A stretch of 47,256 nt of DNA from Chromera velia (taxonomy: Eukaryota), in contig JAHBMJ010000460.1 of the NCBI GenBank assembly GCA_018398765.1, positions 1-47,256 on the forward strand, in the 5' to 3' direction. The position numbers and the translations under genes are program-made. Below the pieces are notes generated by a model. The model saw only the letters and a list, made by a program, of their open reading frames with translations. It was not told the DNA's origin and did not search any database. Shown here piece by piece: positions 12,302 to 23,393 of the stretch (the stretch's first letter is position 1; the number at the start of each line of letters is the position of its first letter).

Positions 12302-14662
12302 ATGGTCCAGCCCAGTGACACGCTCGCGCTGCCTCTTGAGAGGGGTAGCAGCGAACAATTGAGACACAGTACTGTTTCGGCAGATCTTCTCTCACACGGC
12401 AGAGGGTCTCTGGAGGAGTTTGACGGAAGACAACAGCAAAAGAGGTGTTCATGCTGCAGGTGTCTCTTCCCTCCTGACGTCCACCATCACTCCAAGTGCC
12501 CCTCAGCTTTCGCATACCGCTATGTGTGAGTCTTTGCTCGCGTGACTTTCTGTCATTGCGCGGTGTCTGTGTCAGAAAGGGCCTGTGCGAGGGACTCTCT
12601 TCATTCCTTCGAAGTTGGTCTGATCTTTTTCTTCAACCCTCGGACCTCATCTGCATCGGCTGTCTGCACCTCCCACGGCTTCCTTTTTCGTGCTGCGTGT
12701 GCTCCCTTTTGTTGATTCTTTTCTTCTCACCAGAGTTTGGTCTCCTTCCTTTCTCAAGTAGATGACTTCCATGCATCACGCCTGTTCGCCTTTTCCATCT
12801 TGGGGCTGCGTTGGAAAGCATATGTTCATGGCGGCCTGTATTGATGCAGACCCTGGGTGCTAACGATAGGGGAGTATCAGTGCTCAGAAATCCGACGGAT
12901 AGCCACAACGCGCACCTCGGCGTTTGTGGCGCTTGTTCTCCGTCTGGCCTTCTCTGTGTATGCCCTCCATTTGGCATTCATTGCCCCAGGGCCGAGGGAC
13001 AGAGGCTGGTTCGCTCGTCTGGCTTTCTTCACTAATTGGGGTTGGGCTCTGGTGATCTTTCACGCGTGGATGGCCGCAGTGATCAACGCTCGCCACCTTG
13101 TGCTGAAGACCAAGGGGGAAGGTGAGTGCCAAATTGGAACTAGAATGCGTAACTGACCTGCTGCTCGGGCGTGAGAGGAGGCAGGCAGAAGATACCAAAG
13201 CGGAGTCTATCTTGAAAGGGTCTTCTCGAAAGAGAAACAGTTGTTTCAACATTCTAGTTGCGAAACAAAACATTGTTTCCTTTTTCTGCTTTCGCTGATT
13301 CAAGTTCCCAAGAAATGGCTTGAGGGGTGCACAGTTGTATTCTGATCTGCTGATCTGGTCTTCTTTTTTCTCGTCAGCCGCACGTTTCTTACTGCACTTA
13401 CGCGCTGACGTCCAGTTACATACCTAACGCATTCGTTTTTTGCACCCCTCTGTCTCGCCCTCACCCCCTGTGCATACATCACTTGTTGGTGTTTCCGCAG
13501 ACCACTGGAACCGCCACTCCTCCAAGCCGTCTCCTTTCTGGGCCTATTGGCACACGGCTGGGGTAGTGGTGTTCCAGCTGGCCCTGGTGGCAGAGGTGTG
13601 CATCGTCATTCTCTACTGGACCCTCCTGTGGCCTATGGTGGCACGGTAAGTGGAAAAACAAGAAAAGGAGGAACAGAATACGCAGGCACTTCTGCGTAAT
13701 ATTTCGCCTAGGGAGGATGTGAAGTCAGTCTTCCGCTTTCTGTCCATGCTCTTCTGCGTTTCTGCGAGAATCTATCCGTCTTCCTGAAGAGAAGAGGAGA
13801 GGAGAAAGAGTGTATGCCCTGCCTGTAGCTCTCTCCTTTCTGTTCTGCGAGTGTGTGTGCAGGAGGATGGGTGACTGGACACAAGAGCTGATACAGAATC
13901 TTCAAGTCCATGGGGTCGGACTCATTTACACAATCGTCAGTCAGTCAGGCAGGCAGGCAGGCAGTCAGTGAGTCAGGCGGGTGGGTGGCGAGGAGCGTGG
14001 GGGACCGCTGAGAAATGAAAAAGTAGGGATCTTCCGCTCAAGGAGGTGTTGACTGTTGTTCTTCCTGTTAGCCGGGCCCTTGCTGGATTCGTGCCCCGTC
14101 CTCTCCCAATTCGCCCCCAAATCTCCTTGCTGAGCGTGCGCTTCACAAGGCATGCATGCCTGACTTTCTTATGCCCCACCCTTCTTGGCAGTCCGAATTT
14201 GTGAAATGGACCGCGTTTGGCAAGGGCGAAAGTTTGACGCGTTTGATATGACGACTACCAGCATGCATTGTTCTTCTTCTTTAATTCTTAGAATTTGTTT
14301 CATGAGAGCCTCTCTGCCTCTCTGCCTGCTTCCCTGCAGTATGAGTTCTTCGAGAACAGGCTGCCGATGTACAAGAGACACGCGGCGATCTCCATTGCCC
14401 TCGGAATTCTCTATGTGTCAGTTGATTGCCAAGCCGCTTGTAACAATGCGCATCCGTGCATGTGGGAGCATCTTCGGGTGCCAGACAAGCACGCATCGAT
14501 ACTTGGCGCGTGTAAGATACACACACATGATTCGTTTTCGTCATCCCTCCGTGTCGCCGGTCTGCTTGCAGGCCCGTCTCCAGGACAGCCGGCCAGTTTG
14601 ATGTACAGAGAGCATCTTCGTTCTTTGTCGTCTTCCCAGTCACTCTCAAAGGAAGGAATAAT

Positions 14663-14719
<57 letters not shown>

Positions 14720-15728
14720 CCTGCAGGACGGTGAACTTTGCAGTGACGGTTGACTGGGGGACCCCTGTGTACCCTGTGCTGACATGGGAAGACTGGCAGT
14801 CGGGGGTCGTCGTGCTGATGGCTGCAGTCCTCATGACTTCGGTCCACTTACTGGTTTGTTGTTCTTCCTTTCTTTTTTTCTTCCCATTTATTTTTGGAGT
14901 TTGAACCAGAAGAAAGCTTGGGGTCTACGATAGAGATGCGGAATTTTCTCGCTCCATCCCGCTATGCCCCATTGTTTTGTTCCCTTTCCTGCCTCTGTTC
15001 CAGGTTGATGCTCCTGCCAAAGCCACTGAGTGTCCATCCCTCATTGATTGTCAATGCAGACTGCGTATCTGAGACAGGCCCTTTTTGACTGGCCCATTCA
15101 CGCCGAAAGCCACAGAGGTCTTGACTCGGCCCTTGCCCTGTCAATGTCCCTGGAGCAGGGAGGTCACGGCGCACGAGAGAGGGAAGGGGGATCTATCGTT
15201 CCGCATCGGTCTTCTTTTTCTTCTGCGGCAGAGAACAGAAACAGGGGGGAGGAGCATCTGCTCGTGGCCCTTCCCCGACATCCTAGTGGAAACGCCACTA
15301 CGGGACCTTCTCTTTCACCCCCACTGCCCCCCCCTGAAAGCCCTCAACATAAGAAAAGTCACCACCATCACCACCATCATACTCATCAGCATAGACACTA
15401 CAGCCGCAGCCACCCATCACGATCGAGCACTGCAGCTACTCCCGCTGAGCTTGACACTAGTGCCGTGAGTGCAGCCAGTGGTCTCGGTTCCCCTTCCCCT
15501 TCCCCTTGGGTAGAGAAAGGGAAGGAGAACTCAGCTGCACGTTCGGGTGAAGAGCGGGGGGAAAGATATGGGCAACAAAAGACACAAGAGGAAGGCGGTG
15601 CCGTACCAGTGGTACCTGTGTCTTCTTCTGGTCCGCCTCCTGCCCACTCAGGGGTTGAAAAGGCTTCATTAGAGAATCGTCGGGGGGTGCCTCCCCGGGT
15701 TGCTGGGGAGGGAAGTCGTCCTTCATAG
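12302..15728 (+). CDS. Rolling stone (Rost) / FAR-17a-AIG1-like multipass membrane protein, 7 exons, 528 aa
   Basis: Exons 12302-12525, 12850-13121, 13501-13645, 13863-13935, 14340-14416, 14727-14853, 15060-15728. All GT-AG, phases consistent, 1587 nt. Family-type motifs FFTNWG, LYWTLL, VHG, VYPVLTW, then a low-complexity His/Ser tail. Confidence 0.85.
14664..14719. repeat. (CT)n(GT)n intronic microsatellite next to a splice acceptor
   Basis: Directly visible; ends 7 nt before the CTGCAG acceptor at 14726. Confidence 0.95.
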
Positions 15729-16778
15729 GCAGGGAAGACTATGAAGACCACAACTTGGACTATGCACAGCCACCATCATAGAATCAACTTGAAAGTTGAA
15801 AGCCTGTGTGAGTGGAATTCTCAGTGAATCAAAAAAACTAGATCAAAAAGTTCTGAGTTTGTTTAAAATTCTATAAAATTCAAATAAGTGATAAATGTTG
15901 GTCCATTGTCAGATCGATTTCAATCATTTAATACCTGAAAATCACTATTTAGACCTGTTTTTAGTATTTATTTATGAAAAATGTGTGTGCGATGTGAGCG
16001 AGAATGCGTGCGTCACGAGTGAGAAGCGCCCTACGAATCCGGACGCGCGATGAAGCGTGGTGGTCTGGGGCGCGCATGCAGGCAGACTGAATTGAAGAGC
16101 ATGCTTGAAAGGCTAACTTGATTGAGAGAGCTTGCTTCAATGTGGAGTGTGACACATCAAGTATAGCTAGCTAAGCGCTGATCACTTCGTAAATGACTGA
16201 GTGACAGTGATAGTTGGCTGTGGCAGGTCGGAATTTTCATGTGTCTTTGAGTTGATCATGTTGATGTTGACTTGCTTTGGGCCTCTCGAGTTTGAGTGTG
16301 ACTGGAGGGCAGTGTGGATTCAAAGGCTATGCGTACGTGTAGGAAATATTCTTTCATTGACAGTCACTAGATTGATTTGAACAGGTGGAAGCTGATGACT
16401 CTACCCTGGTTGGACAGACTCCTTCTGTAAGTCGATGAATGAATGTGAGGTGATTCAATTATATTGCCGTCTCCTCTAGTTGTATGGTAAGACAGCTAGC
16501 ATCACACTTTTCTGTTTATTTATGTGTTACATTGGTATGTTATGTAATTGTTTTAAATTGTTGGTGAGTGTGGCTAGGAGTGTAGTTAGGTGTTGTCTAA
16601 GCCGTAATGGGCTGGTTTAAAAAAAGAAATGTAAAAAAGACCTTCATCCTTTTTTCTTTTTTTCCTTCGATCTTCTTTAGTCAACGCTAAGATACGAGCT
16701 GCTTTTCGGGAATGCTTTGAAGGTCTTTTCTTAGCACCTCCGGCCTGTTGCTAGTCTTGCATATAGAACTGAATAGAA

Positions 16779-16878
16779 CCGGCCCGCGCCCGCACCCGGC
16801 CTGCACGCCCCTCCCCACCGCCCTGCGCGCCCTGCATGCGCCCGCGCAGCCGCCGGCCCGCGCTGTGCGCACTTTTGG
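16779..16878 (+). promoter_or_regulatory. GC/CpG-rich island upstream of the AP2-like gene, candidate core promoter
   Basis: ~100 bp of very high GC with CCGGCCTGC (16796), TGCATGC and CGCACTTT (16868). The first and last motifs recur upstream of RPL19. Confidence 0.5.
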
Positions 16879-17233
16879 GGGGCCACGGCATGCTCCTCTG
16901 TTGGGGTGTTGAAAACGTTCGTATCGTCGATATCGATATTTTCTTCGCACTGAAGACTGAACGACTTGTTTCCAGAATTGTCAGCTTTTTGACGGTCTAC
17001 GACCATCTTCAGTGTTTGTATGTACAGGGAAGAGGGTCTCTCTTGCTTTTTCAGCTTTTGGTCGGTCTTCATAAGTGACACAAAACGCCAGCTTGAATTT
17101 TGTTCAGCAGAGACGGACACAGAGGTCTGCCGTCTTCGTTGTGTTTCAGGCAGGCTCGCTTTGACGTCTTACCCTTGGGGGGAGCTGGGGTCATCTTTCG
17201 ATTCGTCTGAGAAGACAGGAACAGACTGCAGAT

Positions 17234-19091
17234 ATGATGGAGGCTTCTCCACTGGTAAGTAGTCACACAACGGAGAACTGGAGGTAGAGTTCTCTCTTGT
17301 TTTCCTTTCACTGAAACATCTTCGTACCTTTCTTTTCTCAACCATTCTTTTCTTTTTTCGTGCAGAACGAAGGTCACGATGCTGAGAAGACTTCTGAGGA
17401 AGTCTGCAAAGCCATCGAGGGCCTAAGTAGACTGCCGGACGAAAAAGTGGAAACGGCCGAATTCTCCACAGGAGACGATCAACAACTGTCTGATCCAGCA
17501 GGCAAGAGTGTAGTTGAGAAGACTGTGGAGGCGCCTGTTGAGGAATCCGTTGTGAGGGCAGGTCTGTCTGCCCTTGCGTCAACAGATGCTCTCGGAAGCT
17601 CAGGTCTTTCTCTGTCAGCAGTTTCAACTGCAGCCCAGGCACTTCAGCCTGGAGGAAATGTAAATTGGCAGGGAGGACCTGTCTCAGGAGGCTCCGACTC
17701 CCAAGGGGAGCAGGGTGACGAGGGTTGTGAGGAGGAAGAGGATGCAATGAAGGAGGATGCGGGGGACGGTGCTGAGTTGCCCCCCTTAGTGCCGCCTGAG
17801 AGTTCCCCCGTGCCCTTTGCCGTTGCGCCTCCAAGTGGCGCTGACGCGTCTCTTCTAGACGAGGAAGAAGCGGCGGAGAAGGGAGCTGGGGGGGGGTCCG
17901 TGCCTAGCGGATTTGAGGGGGGTGAGGGGGGAGAAAGTGGGGCGGGGGACGGAGAGGGATTCTCCTCCCTGGTCCCGCAGAAGGACAGCGAGGAAGGGGA
18001 ACGGGGGGGTATGTCTTTGAGGAGAAGGGGGGGAAGAGAGAAAGAGCGACAGGTCTCTAGGCAGGTAGTGGCCGGGGGGGTTGATATGGAGGAGGATTCT
18101 GACGCCCCTCTTCGTGCCCGCCGTTCGAGGGGTTCGTCTGGTCCGCGAATCAAGCAGGAGGAGGGCGGGAGGGAAGACGGAGACGAAGGGGGAGTGAAAG
18201 TGAGTGCGAAGGACTCGAAGTCTCAGAGTGTCAGGTCCTCCTCTCGACCTTTCGAGCGGCTGTGTGTGTTGCCTAACGGACTCTCTGTACACTGGCCGAG
18301 ACCTCGAAACGAGGAAACGCAGAAAAAGCTGAAAAGCTATTGTCAGAGACTGTTAGATCGTGAGGGGTATCGGTGGGCTCAATGGTCTCCTCCCACGCTT
18401 GTGAATTGGCATCTGAGGAACCAGAGCTACTATGTGAAGTGTGGGGAGGGAATGCCCGTGAAGGGATTCAGACCGCTTGACTTCACCCATAAAGAACTCC
18501 TCAAAGGTCGGTCAAGCGGTCAGTTCAGGTTCTCTCTCTCGAGTCTGTCTTTTGCTCTCTTGTGTGTGTTTTTTGGCCAGTCTCCATGAGGGCAGCCACA
18601 TCGTGAGGCGAATCAACTATGATTCAACTCTAAGCAGCTTCCTTCCTTCTGTTCGCTTGCCTCCTTCTTTTCTTCCCTCTTCCCTCCTCTGCCCCTTTTT
18701 TGCTTCTAGCGTTGCTGTTAGATTGAAGCTCTCGGATGAAACTGGGAGCGTGACGGAGGAGAATTTGCATTTGCTTTGAGTCCTTCCCTCTCAGTGAAGT
18801 CTTTCCCTTTCCCCCATTTTCCTGCTCTCCTCTGTGTGTGTGTTGCCTGCAGCTGCTGGGAAGGCAGTTCGTTTCAGGTACGTCGGACGGGCCGACCCTT
18901 CCTTTTCTCCTGATTTCGGAACGTCTTGCATCCTTTTCCTTTCCTTTCCTTTCCTTTCCTTTCCTCCTGTTGGTTGAACCCATTGACAGAACTCCACCGC
19001 ACCTCTCTTCTTCGACACCCAAAAATATCTCGGTCCTGTTTGCTTTTCGCTTGTCAATCATGTAGCTGCAGACACATCTCTCTCTCTCTAT

Positions 19092-19129
<38 letters not shown>

Positions 19130-21651
19130 AGATACCGTATCGCTGGGCCTGATGATGACCCAGACGAGATGAGAGTCCCCGAGCCCCACGACGGCCAGGC
19201 TTCGGCCTCCGGGGGTGTGGGAGGAGTATCCTCAGCGTCTCCGCCCGGTTCCCCTCCTTCTCGTTCCGCGGCGGCGGCAGCTGGAGGTCCGGTTGTCAGC
19301 CGGGTTCCCTCCTCTGCCGCCGCCCCCGCAGACGTCCCCGACGGGTCTGCCACTGAGGGCGACCTCGCGGAGGTCAGCGGGCCCATGAGTGGGCTGGACG
19401 GGCGGAGTGCCCCTATCTCGCGAGAGGCTACAAGTGTGCTTTGTGTGACACCTAAGACCTCCTCGTGTCACAGGGGGGATGGGGAGGGGTTGGGGGTTGG
19501 GGGGGATGTGGCAGCATCTGCTAGCGGTGCAGGGAGTGTGTCTGCGGACGGGAGGCAGTTGAGAACCGGTCCCCGAAGCCAGAGGGGAGGTGGGGGTCGT
19601 CGTGCTTCAGAGGTCTTTGGTAGTTCCTCTCACCAGCACGCGAGGATGCAGAAATTTCAAAGGGACGAGAAGGGAAAATTCCACTCGAAGCACGGCAAGT
19701 CGATTGCTGACTTAACGCGCTCACTGTCATTGACCAACTCCGATGTGAAAGTGAAAAGCGAGGACGGTGAAGAGGGAGATGAGATGTTAGAGAAAGATAG
19801 AGAGGCAGCAGAGAGAGGAGGGGCGTCCGTTGAGTCGGGTGCGGGGGGTGAAGGCGGAGAAATGGAAAATGCAGAAGAGGACAAAGAGAAGGAAACGGCA
19901 GCTGATGCCGAACGTACAGTTGAGGAAATGACAAAAATGATGGTGCAGAAGTTTGTTCTGATTCCGTTTGAAGAGATGAAGCAGGACAGAACAGGCGTCA
20001 TTCCAGCACCCAGAGACCTTGACTTGGTCTTAAATGAGAAGGCAAGAGAGAGGCAGGAGAAGGGAAAGGAAAAGACGAAGGAGGCCTCTGCCTCTGCGTC
20101 GTCTGCCTCTGCCTCCTCTTCTGATTCCCCAGAAGCAGATACATCATCAGCATCAGCCAATGAGGGTAAGCTTATCCTCTTCCGTCCCGCACAGGGAGCC
20201 TTAGAAGCATCCGAGGAGGCAGACGACCTTCCCCCCCTAGGTCCTGGATCCTCTCAGGCCTCTTCCCGGGGGGCGGGGGCAGAGGGCCCGAGAGTGAGAA
20301 CTAGAGCGACCGTCCGAAGCAGCAGAGCACCCTCAGAGGTGGAAAGCGATAGAGAGAGAGGAGTGGGGAGGCAGTCATCGATAGACGCAGCAGATGCCTC
20401 CTTTGAGGGTCCCTCGGGGGGGCCCTGGTCGGGGGGGAGCAGTAGAAGGACTCAAAGGAGGAATGTGAACAGCGTGAAGCATCGATATGCTTCTGAGGAT
20501 GAGGCCATTGGGGGTGCAGAGGGATATGAAGACGGTATGGCTGGATATGCCGAGGGTCTCTATGAGGGGTGGGATGAGGAGGAGGAGGACGAAGATATGC
20601 CTCTGAGCAGCTTCCAGCCTCACATTCATCTGCCTTCAGCCAAGTCGCCGGGGGGTCGGGGGGGGAGAGGCGGTAGCGGCAGGGGCAGGGGAGGGGGTAG
20701 GGGTGTCAAGAGAGAAACACCCCAGAAAACATCCTCACGCAAAAGGGGTCTTGCTAATGATCCCGCTGCGTCGATCCTCCCTTCCCGGCCACGAAAGTCG
20801 ACAGCCGGATCTCTGCAGGCAGCACGTGACCGCCTGCTGAACTCTGCGCTTGTCGCGTCCTCTTCCTCTTCTTCTTCCTCTGCCGCGGCTTCTCGGAATC
20901 GACGCATCTTGAAAATCCGGCAGCAGGGGGGACTCTCCCCGGGGGGGTTTTCCGATGATCTCCTAGCCGAAATGGGAGACGAGGAGATTGCAGCTTTGCT
21001 GCGTCCCGTTGCCAAGAAACCCCGCAAGTCGGGAGAGGCCGCAGCAGCAGGAGCGAAAAGGACAGGGTCAATGGGCGGAAGGCCCCCGAAACACGGGGGT
21101 CCCAGAAAGAATGCTGCGACTAGTTCTCGTGGTGGGGGTGCTTCCGCATCCTCAGGGCGGGGGGTGAAGCGTGAGAAGCAGGAGAGGGGGAGTCCCCCCG
21201 GAAAGGGGAAAAACCCTTCCTCCTCCCGGTCGAAGGGGGGACGACCCAAAGAGCCCCTCCCCCCACACGTCACCATGGAACCCCCCTGTGCGTGCCTCTC
21301 ATGGGAGCCTGCCAAGCAGTCCTGGCTGTCCATTGTGAAGCCTCCCCTGCCACACAAGCCCAGAGAGCGGAGAGTTTTTGTGAGCGAACAAGTGTAAGTC
21401 TCCCTGTCTCTTTTTCTCTCTTTTCTTTCTTTCTTTCTTTCTTTTTTTCTTTCTTTTCTTTTTTTCTTTTTTTCTTTTTTTTCTTTTTTTTCTTTTCTTT
21501 CTTTTCTTTCTTTTCTTTTCTTTCTTTTCTTTTCTTTCTTTTCTTTTCTTTTCTTTCTTTCTTTTCTTTCTTTTCTTTTCTTTCTTTCTTTCTTTTCTTT
21601 CTTTTCTTTCTTTTCCTTCTTTTCCTTCTTTTCCTTCTTTTCTTTTTTTCT

Positions 21652-21689
<38 letters not shown>

Positions 21690-23260
21690 TTTCTTTCTTT
21701 CTTTCTTTCTTCCTTTCTTCCTTTCTTCCTTTCTTTCTTTCTTTCTGTCTGTCTTTCCTTCTTTCGCTCACTCTGTTGGTGTGTCTGCAAGGCTGCGTTT
21801 TCCTTTTTCACGCACGTATGCGTTTGCCGGGAAACTAACGCGGAAGCACCGGGCAGTGCTTGACAGATTGCGTGCAAAAACTATCCTCCGCCCTCCCTTG
21901 CCCTTCTACTGGGCATTGGCCTCTCGATCGACTGACTGTCGGTTTGTTTGACAGCAATAGCAGTTTCGTTCAAATTATGCACAGCAGAAGTATGAAATTG
22001 CTTTTCTCTTCTTCTGTTTGTGTATAATGCAGTTCCTCCGTGGACAGCTGGATAGATGCAAAGACGTGGCTGGAGTTGGAGGCAGAGGCCTGCAGGGTTC
22101 CCCCTGCAAGAATGCGCATTGAATTCCCCGCAAATCTCGACATCTTCTCAACCCCACACGGCCCACCCCACCCCATGTGCGTACAGCCCTACCCCCATCC
22201 CGCCGGGGTGGGCCTTCCCCCCGGAGCAAGCATGCCGCCGCCACCCGCCGGCGCGTCGTCCGATGGAAACGGAGGCATGGGCATGCCGGGGCACAGCTTC
22301 GATCAGTTTCTCTCTGGGGCGGGGGGAGCAATTCCCCCTGGGGGTTTTCTCTGGCCAGGGATCCTCCCCCCCTTCGGTCTCCCCCCCACTGGTCCTCCCG
22401 GACCCCTTGCAGGCGGCGGATCCCTCTCTCGGGTCCCCGCCCCCAACCCGAATCCGGAGGGGCTGGCGGCATCGTCTGAGTCTGCCCGCCTGAACCCGAA
22501 AGGAAATGGCAGGTCGCCCCCCGCACTGCCGCCTGTAGAGCCTGGAGGAGCCGCATCTTCCTCTTCCCGTTCTGCTAGCAGGGGAGGTCCGTTTCCCCTC
22601 TGCCAAGTCGATTCCTTTGGATCGGCAGGAAGCTTGGTAAATGGGAGTGCCCCAGTAGTCTTTCCAGAGGGGGGGGCGGAGGGGGGGGCAGCATCTCAAG
22701 AGGCCGGGGGCGGTGTGTGGGGTGTGAGCCCTCCTCCTGGAGGGGGTGGGTCAGCGGGTCTTTTCGAGGGTGGTGCGGGTGGGTATTTGCAACGGCAGCC
22801 GGGTCGAGGGGGGGCATCCCGTCGTTCTCCCCCCTTCAGCATGCTGGCAGCCTCGTCGGGTACCTCTGCCTTCCCCTCTTCTGCTTTCCTGAAGGGGAGA
22901 GGGGCGGCTGGTGAGTTCGGTCCCGAAAGTCAAGTGTCTGTGTCAGCAGGTGGGGGGAGAGAGAGAGAGCAGGCAGACGAGGGAGGGGACTTGGATGAGG
23001 ACCCAGAGGAACAGCCTGAGCCTGGGCAGCAGACAGGGGAGGAGATGGGGGACCTGCAAGAGGACCCCGGCATGCCCTCTGAGAACGGGGGGGATGAGGA
23101 GATGGGGGATGCGGAGGCCGCTGCTGCTGTTGCTGAGGAGTGGGCGGCAGCTGCACAGGATTTGGAGGAGATGCCTGGGGATGGGGAGGACGGGGGTGAG
23201 GCTTTGCAGCAGCAAGAAGACGAAACGGGAGGGGGCGGGGAAGATGAAAAGTCGGGATGA
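17234..23260 (+). CDS. Large low-complexity nuclear protein with two AP2-like (ApiAP2-type) domains and AT-hook-like motifs, 5 exons, 1558 aa
   Basis: Exons 17234-17254, 17366-18506, 18853-18877, 19132-21393, 22033-23260. GT-AG, phases consistent, 4677 nt. Spliced domains VNWHLRNQSYYVKCGEGMPVKGFRPLDFTHKELLKAAGKAVRFRYRI and LSWEPAKQSWLSIV...RRVFVSEQVSSVDSWIDAKTWL. GRP motifs GGRPPK and KGGRPK, plus an RGG tract. The gene model is strong; the AP2 call is by motif resemblance. Confidence 0.75.
21407..21765. repeat. (CTTT/CTTTT)n pyrimidine tract in the last intron of the AP2-like gene
   Basis: ~350 bp of almost only C and T on the + strand. Confidence 0.97.
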
Positions 23261-23359
23261 TGGATGGATGGTTTTCCTTCCCTCCCAACACGTGTTCCCT
23301 CTCTCGGTAGCGAATTCCGTTCTAGGGTACTGAAGTCTCAGCGGCATCCCTTGTCCATC

Positions 23360-23393
<34 letters not shown>

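Noticed and set aside
15780..16690. Defined transposon in the moderately AT-rich spacer between the rost-like and AP2-like genes
   Set aside because: No TIR, TSD or coding remnant could be identified by eye.
18581..18779. Two extra micro-exons in the AP2-like gene (18581-18602 and from 18710)
   Set aside because: The second runs into TGA with no good donor. Direct splicing 18506>18853 keeps phase and restores the domain helix.
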